DNA from: Octopus sinensis
Lineage: Eukaryota
NCBI RefSeq assembly: GCF_006345805.1
Contig: NW_021836084.1
Location: forward strand, 1 to 25,595
Direction of reading: 5' to 3'
DNA length: 25,595 bases
Position numbers and translations under genes: made by a program. The stretch's first letter is position 1, and every line of letters begins with the position of its first letter. The notes beneath the pieces were generated by a model. That model saw nothing but the letters and a program-made list of their open reading frames with translations. It made no database searches and was not told where the DNA came from. Below are positions 11,257 to 20,779 of the stretch, piece by piece.

Positions 11257-12398
11257 TTAATATGTTTTGCTAAAATTCCTGTTTCTTTTCAGGTATCATC
11301 AGAAAAAGGTAATTAGAATTCACTAGAATGACAGATCTATCGGACTTTCAAAGTGGTCAAATTATTGGTGCTCGTATGGCAGGTGCTAGCGTAACGAAAA
11401 CAGCCGAAATGTTTGGTGTATCAAGAAGTACTGTCTCGAAAATAATGACAGCCTTTGAGAAAGAGGGAAAAACCTCCTCGTCGAAATAAAACTCCGAAAG
11501 AAAACCAAAACTTTCAGATAGGAACCGTCGGACTCTTACGCGGATTGTTGGATCACAAAAGTACAGCTCCCAAAATTAACTGCAGGGCTTAATGACCACC
11601 TCGAGAACCCAGTTTCCAGAAAAACAGTTCGCCGGGGGTTGCACAAAGCCGGATTTCATGGTAAGGCTGATATCAGAAAACCACTATTTTCAAAAACAAA
11701 CGTAGCAAAGCGTTTAGAGTGCAGTAAAAACCTACAGAATTGGTCGCCAGAGCAGTGGAAGAATGTTATTTTCTCGGACGTGTCATCCTTTACTTTATTT
11801 CCGACCACCGGCCGAATATACGTGTGGAGACGGCCAAAAGAAGCATTTGACCCAGACTGCCTTCTTCCAACTATTAAACATAGTGGAGGATCTGTGATGA
11901 TCTCGAGGGGTGGAGGGGGCTATATCTTGGAAATCTGCCAGCCCAATGGTTTCCCTTCCCTTCGTGGAAGAATTAATAGCCAAGACTATTTAAGCATTTT
12001 ATCTGATCAAATTCATTCTATGGTTGCGGAAATGTTTCCGGAGAGAAACGCAATCTTTCAGAATGTTAATGCACCAATTCACACAGCTAAAGTTGTTACT
12101 GAATGGCACGAGGAACATTCTAGCCATTACAGTCTCCAGATCTCAAAATTTAGTGAACATTTATGGTGCATTTTAGAAGTAGGGAGTCGATATCCTCCAC
12201 CATCATCACTACAAGAACTGGAGATTGTTTTAGCTGAAGAATGGACAAAAATTCCTTTGGAAACAATTCAAAATTTGTACGAGTCCATACCTTGTGGAAT
12301 TCAAGGTGTAATTACTGCCAAAGGAGGTCCTACCCTATATTAAATATAAATTTGTTTGAAATTTTAAGCTGTTTTCATTATTTTGTCCTACACCTGTA
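11257..12398 (+). mobile_element. Tc1-like DNA transposon, 5' TIR missing
   Basis: The 3' end TTTTCATTATTTTGTCCTACACCTG-TA is a Tc1-type TIR (CAGGTGTAGGACAAAATAATG) plus TA. It contains a decayed transposase. Confidence 0.85.
11328..12343 (+). pseudogene. Tc1-family (DD34E-type) transposase pseudogene
   Basis: ATG at 11328 reads MTDLSDFQSGQIIGARMAGASVTKTAEMFGVSRSTVSK, with in-frame TAA at 11487 and a frameshift near 11550. Downstream motifs: KPL, WKNVIFSDVS, RIYVWR, KHSGGSVM, IFQNVNAPIH (second Asp lost) and EHLW. Confidence 0.9.
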
Positions 12399-12427
12399 TA
12401 TCCATGCATACAAACATACATACATAC

Positions 12428-12472
<45 letters not shown>

Positions 12473-12475
<3 letters not shown>

Positions 12476-12653
12476 GGAGTAAACACATAAATGTGTGAAA
12501 CAAGGTGGAAAAAGAGTACTCAAATACCAGTGGTAGAGTAATATGCTGTCCGTTCGTCGGCAGTTTTTGCTAGCAAAAACTGTCCGACGAACGCAACGGA
12601 AACTCAGAGAGTAACAGGTTTTGTTGAATGAAATTTTTGCTGCTTGAGTAAAG
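12473..12653. mobile_element. Second copy of PLE-type repeat P1 with a short palindrome centred on GCTAGC (12569-12574)
   Basis: Shares GGAGTAAACACATAAATGTG...GGTAGAGTAATATGCT and AACAGGTTTTGTTGAAT...GCTGCTT with 2822-3027; flanked by (TA)n. Confidence 0.7.
12580..12617 (+). ncRNA. Minimal type I hammerhead-like motif with CCGACGA (U4C) core
   Basis: CUGU-CCGACGA-A-CG(CAA)CG-GAA-ACUC(AGA)GAGU-A-ACAG. Confidence 0.55.
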
Positions 12654-12654
12654 T

Positions 12655-12707
12655 ATATATTAGATATATATATATATATAATATACTACATATAAATATA
12701 TACATAC

Positions 12708-12739
<32 letters not shown>

Positions 12740-12830
12740 GATATATATATATACATACATACATACATACATACATACATACAGACATATATAGATAGAT
12801 AGATATATACATATACATATAATATATATA

Positions 12831-12863
<33 letters not shown>

Positions 12864-12874
12864 CAGATATGTAT

Positions 12875-12916
<42 letters not shown>

Positions 12917-13575
12917 CATACAGATACATATATATATACATATGTATATACTACACACTCACAACACACACACACACAATATATATATATATATATATAA
13001 TCTTTACAATGTACGATTTATATGTATTATCTTTTTAAAATGCTATTGCTTCATTTTTGTCGTCCCATTGTACAAAATGGTGATTATTAAAAGCGTATTG
13101 TTTCATTTATGTGCCATTACAACGAAGCATTTCTATAACAACTCCACCACACTGGACGTATATATATATATATATATATAATATATATAATATATATATA
13201 TATATGCTAATTTGGAGTAGGATACAGAAGATATTCATAAAGGTAGTTAGAAAGAAAGATTAGTGTCCCAAAAAAAATATTGTATTCAGAGACTTTTTGC
13301 TTGGTTCACGTGAACTGCTCATGTGAGAGTTTGGCATGATCATAAGGCAAAGAGGATGTGTGTGTGTGTGTGTTGTGTGTGTGTGTGTGTGTGTTGTGTG
13401 TGTGTGTGTGTTTGTGTATGTGAGTGTGTTTGTGTATGTGCGTGAGTGTGTGTGTATGAGTGTTTGTGTGAGTGTGTTTGTGTGTATCCGTGTGCATGTG
13501 TGTATATATATATACATACATACATACATACATGCATACATACATACATATGTATTTACATATATATATATGCAT

Positions 13576-13612
<37 letters not shown>

Positions 13613-13698
13613 CATATATATATACACACACATATATGTATATTTGTATATATGACCTCAAACCCACATATATATATATATATATATATATATCCGTG

Positions 13699-13733
<35 letters not shown>

Positions 13734-13859
13734 ATATACGTATGTATATGCGTATCTTTGTGTGTGTGTGTGTAACAGGAAAATAGGTTGCTTATTTAAA
13801 AGATTGGGGCTCGTGATTTGTATTGTCTGTGTATATGTGTATATAACCGTATTTGTGCG

Positions 13860-13893
<34 letters not shown>

Positions 13894-13960
13894 TAGATAG
13901 ATATGGGGCGTATACATGTATGCATATGTGAGCTATTTTCCCCCAGCCCACCACCTCTGA
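12655..13960. repeat. Long (TA)n, (CATA)n, (TG)n, (CA)n and (GATA)n microsatellite mosaic with short unique gaps
   Basis: Direct reading. Confidence 0.9.
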
Positions 13961-14077
13961 AAATAGATTCCAACAAACGAGCAAACGAGCAAACAGGTTC
14001 GACTCCCAGGTTCGAAAAGAAATTACAAATTCGTGCCAGATTTACTAATATGTTTGTGGGTTAAACAGTGTCTTTTG

Positions 14078-14278
14078 TGACAATGTGGTTAGGACACCAG
14101 ACTTACAATCATGAGATTTTAAGTTCGATTTCCGGACAGGCTGTGTGTTCCCTCAGCTGTAGAAATGAGTTGCGACGTCATAGGTGCCAAGCTGTATTGA
14201 CTTTTGCCCAGACTTGTGCTTTGGACGGTAATTTTCTATGTGCGATCCCATTATCAATCATGACCGAAGGAGGTTTTT
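14078..14278 (+). mobile_element. Internally deleted SINE family E copy
   Basis: Has the head GTGGTTAGG...AAGTTCGATTTCCGGAC, then CTCAGCTGTAGAAATGAGTTGCGACGTC and the tail CATGACCGAAGG shared with 4419-4754. Confidence 0.75.
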
Positions 14279-14313
14279 ATCCTCTGTTATACGAAATATA
14301 TTGTTAATATTGT

Positions 14314-14695
14314 GGAGGCGCAATGGCCCAGTGGTTAGGGCAGCGGACTCGCGCTCGTAGGATCGCGGTTTCGATTCCCAGACCGGGCGTTGTGAGTGTT
14401 TATTGAGCGAAAACACCTAAAGCTCCACGAGGCTCCGGCAGAGATGGTGGTGATCCCTGCTGTACTCTTTCACCACACTTACTCTCACTCTTACTTCCTG
14501 TTTCTGTTGTACCTGTATTTCAAAGGGCCGGCCTTGTCACTCTCTGTGTCACGCTGAATATCCCCGAGAACTACGTTAAGGGTACACGTGTCTGTGGAGT
14601 GCTCAGCCACTTACACGTTAATTTCACGAGCAGGCTGTTCCGTTGATCGGATCAACCGGAACCCTCGTCGTCGTAACCGACGGAGTGCTTCCACA
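14314..14695 (+). mobile_element. tRNA-derived SINE family B, apparently full length
   Basis: A box TGGCCCAGTGG and B box GGTTTCGATTCCC in a tRNA-like head, followed by a ~300-bp body. Confidence 0.75.
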
Positions 14696-14832
14696 CATTG
14701 TTAATATTGAATGAATTCCAAAGAACAAGCGGTATGTATTGATACAATATTGATACGGTTTTGTGTGCTCGCTAAAGGAGCAAATAACCCCTTCCATTTC
14801 GAGGAAGGGGAACATAAAGTGTGCCATTTAAA

Positions 14833-15131
14833 ATTCTATCGGTCTCTTTTGCCGAACCGCTAAGTTGCGGGGACGTAAACACACCATCATTGGTTGTCAA
14901 GCGATGTTGGGGGGACAGGCACAGACACGCAAACATATACACACATACATATATACATTCATATATACGACGGGCTTCTTTCAGTTTCCATTTGACAAAT
15001 CCACTCACAAGACTTTGGTCGGCCCGAGGCTATAGTAGAAGACACTTGCCCAAGGTGCCACGCAGTGGGACTGAACCCGGAACCATGTGGTTTGTAAGCA
15101 AGCTACTTACTACACAGTCACTCCTACGCCT
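14833..15131 (-). mobile_element. SINE family C (CORE-like CTTGGGCAAG domain), 3'-truncated
   Basis: Minus-strand head AGGCGTAGGAGTGACTGTGT...GGTTCCGGGTTCAGTCCC, then GGCACCTTGGGCAAGTGTCTTCT. Confidence 0.85.
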
Positions 15132-15604
15132 AATACATACATACATACATACATACATACATGCATACATACATACATACATACATACATACATACATAC
15201 ATACATGGGAACAAAAGACAATTGGTGTCTGACCCAATATCGAAGGAGTGTAACTATAAATATTGTAGATTATAAAAGAAAGCTTAACTCTCACGCACGA
15301 ACGAGTATGATATATTAGCTCGAACCTCGTTTCCGTAATTATTGTAGTGCTTATGTAGTCGCGAGCGGACTTGGACATCCTCTTGGTCCTTCCACTTCTG
15401 AGCCCTACACATTGAACTTAACAATCTGTATGGTATGCTTCTTAATTACTGCGATGCTAATGGAGTTGTCTAATTGAGTAAACAGAGTACGGGCATTTAG
15501 TTCTCATTTGTTTCATTAGTAGTCTATGAATAAATGAAATAACATCGTTCTACTATTCTTATTGTAATTTGAACTGAAAATAATAATGTTTAAAAAGTTT
15601 TAAA

Positions 15605-16054
15605 ACAACGTAAAGTATACTAGCAATCTCAATATGGCTAACCACTAAGGGTGGGTGTTACCGTAGCTTTTAGCCCCAGGAGATCATCGTCTCCAGCTGG
15701 CTTTAGGCACACTTTCTGTGCTCTTATGGTATTTGCAAAGGGAGGTCATCCCTCTCTCGTCAACCTAAGTGATACGCACGGACTGCAGTTTCTAGGTATT
15801 TGCCTGTCTTCGGCGTACGGCAATCACCGGTTTTCGATAGTGCGTATCACTTAGGTTGACGAGAGAGGGATGACCTCCCTTTGCAAATACCATAAGGGCA
15901 CAGAAAGTGTGCCTAAAGCCAGCTGGAGACGATGATCTCCTGGGGCTAAAAGCTACAGTAACACCCACCCTTAGTGGTTAGCCATATTGAGATGGCTAGT
16001 ATACTCTACGTTGTCGAGCAGTTACTGTTTACATCTCGTTCAGAGATTTATTAT
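15605..16054. mobile_element. Large fold-back of repeat family H: 175-bp arms around a 60-bp spacer
   Basis: 15605-15779 is the reverse complement of 15840-16014 with about 4 mismatches by eye. The right arm continues unpaired to ~16054, matching the start of the solo copy at 20361. Confidence 0.85.
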
Positions 16055-16226
16055 TGCTAGTTTTAAAACAATATTTTATATTTCTTCTATGTTGGTTGTT
16101 TCATTATTTTAAAAAACAGTGGGCTAAAGCTTGTTCTCAAGTTATATAAATATATGGGTTCGGTTTCCCAGTTTCTGTAGCGTATATATTACGCCTTTGA
16201 CGGGACACTGGTCCGCCACAAGATTA

Positions 16227-16435
16227 CTCATTTTTGACAGCTGAGGGGACTGGAGTAAGATGAAACGAAATGCTTTGTTCTGCTCGAGAATACAACGCAT
16301 CGCCCGGTTCGGGAATCGAAACCACGAAATGCTTTGTTCTGCTCGAGAATACAACGCATCGCCCGGTTCGGGAATCGAAACCAAAATCTTACGATCATGA
16401 GTCCAACATCCTTAACCACTAAACCACGCGCCTCT
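16227..16435 (-). mobile_element. SINE family E-like head with a perfect 59-bp internal tandem duplication
   Basis: Minus strand GAGGCGCGTGGTTTAGTGGTTAAGG...GGTTTCGATTCCCG. 16265-16323 is identical to 16324-16382. Confidence 0.8.
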
Positions 16436-16908
16436 TCTTGTTTTAGTATGATAGAAGTATAAACTGAAGTTTATTGAAGAAAAGAGAGCGGAAATGGTGA
16501 AGGGAGCAAATTTACTTACAAAAAGTTAGCAGAGGGTAAACGGTGCGGAAAAAGTCGTGTTTGAAAAAAGATACGCATAATAACTTCTAGAAAAAAACTA
16601 AACGCGATGGTCATGACTGGGTCACACTTTGAACGTTGGTTTACTTCATCAGAACTGATCTGGGGGTTGAATTACAACTGATCAAACGATAAAGTACAGT
16701 CGCAGCTAAAAAGCTGGACACTTCATGTCTTTATATCTATATTAATAGGATTGTAGGTTGGTAATAGGTTTGACCTCGCTTTCAGATCAGATTTCAAACG
16801 AGGCTATTTTTTTCGTGAATGCACGTTTATGTTTTGCACAAACATAGACTACATCTGTGTCATAGGCTGGATGAATCAGAACTGTTTGAGGATTATTACC
16901 AACAACAC

Positions 16909-16940
<32 letters not shown>

Positions 16941-16941
<1 letters not shown>

Positions 16942-17118
16942 GCTGTTTATCTTGATATGAGATCATCATATCGCGCACATTTGGTTGTGATGCATGTGCC
17001 TGGTGTACCCTTATCAGACGGGTCGTCATGATGGTTATACCGGGCTTCGTATATTTTACCCCAGTGCCACTTTGATGGCATACACTTCTCTCTCACTCAA
17101 TAATAATAATAATAATAA
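16941..17118 (+). mobile_element. Short 3' fragment of retro-type repeat family D, flanked by (TAA)n on both sides
   Basis: CTGTTTATCTTGATATGAGATCA...ACTCAATAATAAT is shared with ~17539-17712. Confidence 0.7.
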
Positions 17119-17119
17119 T

Positions 17120-17230
17120 GGTTTCAAATTTTGCCGCAAGAGCAGCGATTTGGGGGGAGGAGGACAAGACGATTACATCGACCCCAGTATTTCACTGTGG
17201 TACTTAATTTATCGACCCTGAAAGGATGTA
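17120..17230 (-). mobile_element. SINE family A 3' part, tail-to-tail with the family D copy
   Basis: GATTACATCGACCCCAGT...TTTATCGACCCTGAAAGGATG. Confidence 0.65.
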
Positions 17231-17231
17231 A

Positions 17232-17712
17232 AAGATGAGCTACAGCAAATATTCTGCTCAATACCACAGATTTGCTTGTCAGTTGTTTGACCATCACCAG
17301 TTGACCATGTCCCTTAGTGGCTGACGATATGTGCATCTCTGATCACGAGCAGAAGTAGTGGGGGAGCATCATGGTCGTGTGTTGAAAGGAATTCTTAGAG
17401 GTTTGGATAATTCACCTCTGGAAACATGAGTGGTTCGTTCAACATCCTTAAACAACCCTTATTCAGGGACCTTTTGAAGGGGATGGGTTATTCGACCAGA
17501 AGAATATTCTAACTGGGCCCCACCTGCAAGGTCATACACTGTTTATCTTGATATGAGATCACTATGTCACGCACATTTGGTTGTGACGCATGTGCCTGGT
17601 GTACCCTTATCAGACGGGTGGTCATGATGGGCATACTGGGCTTTGTATATTTTACCCCAGTGTTACTTTGATGGCATGCACTGATCTGTCACTCAATAAT
17701 AATAATAATAAA
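17232..17712 (+). mobile_element. Longer copy of repeat family D ending in (AAT)n
   Basis: Its 3' ~170 bp match 16941-17118. The simple-repeat tail suggests a retroposon; family unassigned. Confidence 0.65.
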
Positions 17713-17727
17713 ATAATCACAATAATT

Positions 17728-17862
17728 TGGGTAGGGGTAGTCGATTATATTGATCCCATTGCTCAAATGGTAATTTTATCGATCCCGAAAGGATGAAAGG
17801 TTAAGCTGACCACGGTGGAATTTGAACTCAGAACGTGAAGACGGACGAAATGCCGCTAAGCA
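17728..17862 (-). mobile_element. Degenerate SINE family A
   Basis: CCGAAAGGATGAAAGG...GGAATTTGAACTCAGAACGT...GACGAAATGCCGCTAAGC. Confidence 0.75.
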
Positions 17863-18172
17863 GTGCTTCGCTGGTATTTATTTCATCGATCTCGAAAATT
17901 CGTTAGAGACCGTGTCTGAAATGGCTGAACTATCTTACTGCATATATTTCTGTATAACTGTGATTTGCAACCCTGGTCAACAACTTTACAAAAAAAAACT
18001 GACCTGACTCAAAGGGTCACCAAACCAACAAGTGTGATCCGATGACCGACCTCGTAACGAATATGTTCTGGGTCGATTTGATCGAGTTAAACCCTTCAAG
18101 GCGGGACCCCAAACTAGCTGCAGTTCATTGACCGAAACAAGTAATGGGAAAATGATAGAAAATTCTTGGGAT

Positions 18173-18400
18173 AGGGCGGCGAGCTGGCAGAAACGTTAGC
18201 ACGGCGGGCGAAATGCTTAGCAGTATCTCGTCTGCCGCTACGTTATGAGTTCAAAAATCCGCCGAAGTCGACTTTGCCTTTCATCCTTACGGGGTCGATT
18301 AAATAAGTACCAGTTACGCACTGGGGTCGATGTAATCGACTTAATGTCCTTGTTTGTCCCCTCTATGTTTAGCCCCTTGTGGGCAATAAAGAAATAAGAA
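18173..18400 (+). mobile_element. Full-length SINE family A
   Basis: GGCGGCGAGCTGGCAGAAACGTTAGC head through the GGGCAATAAAGAAATAAG tail. Confidence 0.9.
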
Positions 18401-18411
18401 TGTATCTTACG

Positions 18412-18782
18412 TTTGCTTACCAACCATATGGTTCCGGGTTCAGTGCCACTGCGTGGCACCTTGGGCAAGTGTCTTCTACTATAGCCTCGGGCCGACCAAA
18501 GCCTTGTGAGTGGATTTGGTAGACGGAAACTGAAAGAAGCCTGTCGTATATATGTATATATGTGGGTGTGTATGTTTGTGTATTTATGTGTGTCCCCTTA
18601 GCATTGCTTGACAACCGATGCTGGTGTGTTTACGTCCCCGTTACTTAGCGGTTCGGCAAAAGAGACCGAATGAATAATTTCTAGGCTTACAAAGAATAGG
18701 TCCTGGGGTCGATTTGCTCTACTAAAGGCGGTGCTCCAGCATGGCCACAGTCAAATGACTGAAACAAGTAAAAGAGTAAGAG
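18412..18782 (+). mobile_element. SINE family C lacking the first ~30 bp
   Basis: GGTTCCGGGTTCAGT, GGCACCTTGGGCAAGTG, an internal (TA/TG) spacer, and the tail CAAATGACTGAAACAAGTAAAAGAG. Confidence 0.85.
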
Positions 18783-19136
18783 TATATACGTAAATACATT
18801 ATTCACATAGACATAGATACATCTGTGCGTGCGTGTGTGTGTGTGTGTGTGTGCGTGTGTGTGTGTGTGTGTGTGCGTGTGTGTGTGTATCTCATGTGGG
18901 ATGTCTAGAATGAAGGGTTTACACCGAGACATTTTAAAGCTACCTTTTATCATTTCATAAACATTTCACACAGCATGTCTCTCAGGGTATTGAAATGTTA
19001 CAATAATCCGCGCGCGCACGCACGCACACACACACACACACACATCACACAAACACACACATCCACTTGGTGTACACAACTGAAACAGCATTAAATTATA
19101 ATCGCCATCAGTATATCAGATAAATATATATATATC

Positions 19137-19168
<32 letters not shown>

Positions 19169-19170
19169 AT

Positions 19171-19429
19171 GGAGATGTACTCGCATAGCAAGTGATTGAT
19201 CTGAGATCGTGTGCTGAAACGAAAACAATTGCAGCGTGGAAGGTGTTGTAAGCCATTTAAGAAACACCCAAAAGCCGTTCGATGCAGCACGGATTTTTGT
19301 CAGTGAACAGGTCGCGGATTTTAGCGACGAAAATATTTTGACAAATTAAACTTAAATGTTGAAGTGAATCGAACGGCTTTTGTGTGTTTCTTAAATGGCT
19401 TACAAACACCTTCCACGCTGCAATTGTTT
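19171..19429. mobile_element. PLE-type fold-back repeat (family P2) between (TA)n tracts
   Basis: Inverted repeat of ~61 bp, 19223-19283 vs 19368-19429. The 84-bp spacer contains a hammerhead fold. Confidence 0.7.
19296..19345 (+). ncRNA. Type I hammerhead variant with G3-C8 compensatory core (GUGAACA)
   Basis: UUUGUCA-GUGAACA-G-GUCGC(GGAUUUUA)GCGAC-GAA-AAUAUU-U-UGACAAA. Stem I 7 bp, stem II 5 bp, palindromic stem III. Confidence 0.7.
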
Positions 19430-19459
19430 ATATAATATATATATATATATATATACACC

Positions 19460-19914
19460 GTTAGAAGGCATGATGTTGTGGAATTGTCTGAGATAAAAAA
19501 TTTTTTCACGGACTAGTTGTGTTAAAAACAATGTGTATGAGATGAAGGGGAACATCGTTGCTGTTGTGACTCGCCCGAACGACAGATGCGTTTTGCCTTT
19601 CTTGAGTTTTGTCAATCTCAGGTACTCAATCGTCTCCTGCTTAAACGAAATTATATGTGGATTTCTGATGGAGCCATGCCTTTCAAATGAAGGTACTTTA
19701 TGACAGCACGATACTCAGTTTTTTCCAATTTCTTTGTAACCTCGACACTTGTTTATTCAAAAATCTGTAACAAAAAAAAAAATAATAAATTATCAGAATC
19801 ATGAAAATGAGCAAGAATACTCCGAAAAGACTGTACTTACCAGAAAAAATTGTTTCGGCTACCTAGCAGCCCCGTTTCTAGATTAGGCTCAAAACTTTTC
19901 ATACACCCCTCGTA
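19460..19914 (-). mobile_element. 5' part of a mariner element: TIR, putative 5'-UTR intron, decayed transposase N-terminus
   Basis: Minus strand starts TACGAGGGGTGTATGAAAAGTTTTGAGCCT (mariner TIR) and later reads EYRAVIKYLHLKGMAPSEIHI*. Confidence 0.8.
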
Positions 19915-19922
19915 TATATGCA

Positions 19923-19954
<32 letters not shown>

Positions 19955-20091
19955 ATCTTATTAAACTATATAACGTAGAGCATAGAAAGTAGGATATCAT
20001 ATATATATATATATATATATGTGTGTGTTTGCGTGTGTGTACGTATGTGTGTATGCATAGCATGTGTAAACATACATGTATATATATATAT

Positions 20092-20280
20092 AAGCACAAA
20101 AAAAAACACAACAACGCGAGGACGTGGAACAAATATAGTATTATTGGATGCTCAGGAAAGAAGGAAAGGAGGGTTTAACGTTTCGAGCGGAGCTCTTCGT
20201 CGGAAACATAGGTGAAGGAAAGATCCAGAGAAGGGAAGACAGAGGGGAAAAAATCGCCAACGGTACACACGCGGTCACAT
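20092..20280. mobile_element. PLE-type short repeat (family P3) between (TA)n tracts
   Basis: Contains ACGTTTCGAGC...GCTCTTCGTCGG, the antisense signature of a hammerhead. Family assignment is inference. Confidence 0.55.
20173..20207 (-). ncRNA. Minimal type I hammerhead-like motif with CCGACGA core
   Basis: Minus strand: GUUU-CCGACGA-A-GAG(CUCCG)CUC-GAA-ACGU-U-AAAC. Stem I 4 bp, stem II 3 bp, palindromic 4-nt stem III. Confidence 0.6.
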
Positions 20281-20360
20281 TAAATATATATATATGTGTG
20301 TGTATGCATGTATGTATACGTATGTGTGTAGATACGTGTATGCGAATATATATATATATA

Positions 20361-20572
20361 ATAAATCTCTGAACGAGATATAAACAGTAGCTGCATGACA
20401 ATGTGAAGTATAATTGCCACTTAAATGTGACTAACCACTAAGGGTGGATGCTACTGTAGCTTGTAGCCCCAGGAGAACATCTCCACCTGGCTATTGACAC
20501 ACTTTCTATGCCCTATAAGTATTTGCAAAGGGAAGCCATCCCTCCTATCGTCGACCTGATGTGATACGCACG
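20361..20572 (+). mobile_element. Solo arm of repeat family H flanked by (TA)n
   Basis: Runs from ATAAATCTCTGAACGAG to GTGATACGCACG, colinear with the 15605-16054 arms. Confidence 0.75.
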
Positions 20573-20614
20573 TTCATATATATATATATATATATATATA
20601 TTCGTATAAGTAGC

Positions 20615-20779
20615 TTACAACGATCCCAGTGTCAAACTGGTACATATTTTATCGACCCCCGAAAGGATGAAAGGCAAAATCGACCTCAGCGGAATTCCAA
20701 CTCGGAACGTAAAGTTGGAAGAAATGCCGCTAAGCATTTTAACCAACAAACTAACGATTGTGCTACCTCGCCGCCTTAA
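20615..20779 (-). mobile_element. SINE family A, diverged
   Basis: CCCGAAAGGATGAAAGGCAAAATCGACCTC...CTCGCCGCCTT. Confidence 0.8.

Noticed and set aside
11281-11310. Minus-strand CTGATGA-TACCT-GAAA as a hammerhead
   Set aside because: No stem II pairing, no palindromic stem III and no NUH followed by stem I.
11639-12343. Functional or intact transposase CDS
   Set aside because: The listed start is TTG, the true N-terminus has a stop and frameshift, and the second catalytic Asp and the SPDLN motif are lost.
12548-12600. CCGACGA core as a retro-fixed A-to-I editing signature
   Set aside because: The change is on both palindrome arms and recurs in an unrelated family, and there is no surrounding A-to-G cluster; an inherited variant is simpler.
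4660-14400. tRNA-like sequences at the SINE heads (e.g. 4680-4754, 14314-14390)
   Set aside because: A and B boxes are present, but there is no closed acceptor stem and each continues into a repeat body; called SINEs, not tRNA genes.
15350-15435. Possible exon (TTATGTAG ... ATG|GTATGC)
   Set aside because: Weak acceptor, two of three frames closed, and no recognisable peptide.
16646-16652. Minus-strand CTGATGA
   Set aside because: No GAAA or supporting stems nearby.
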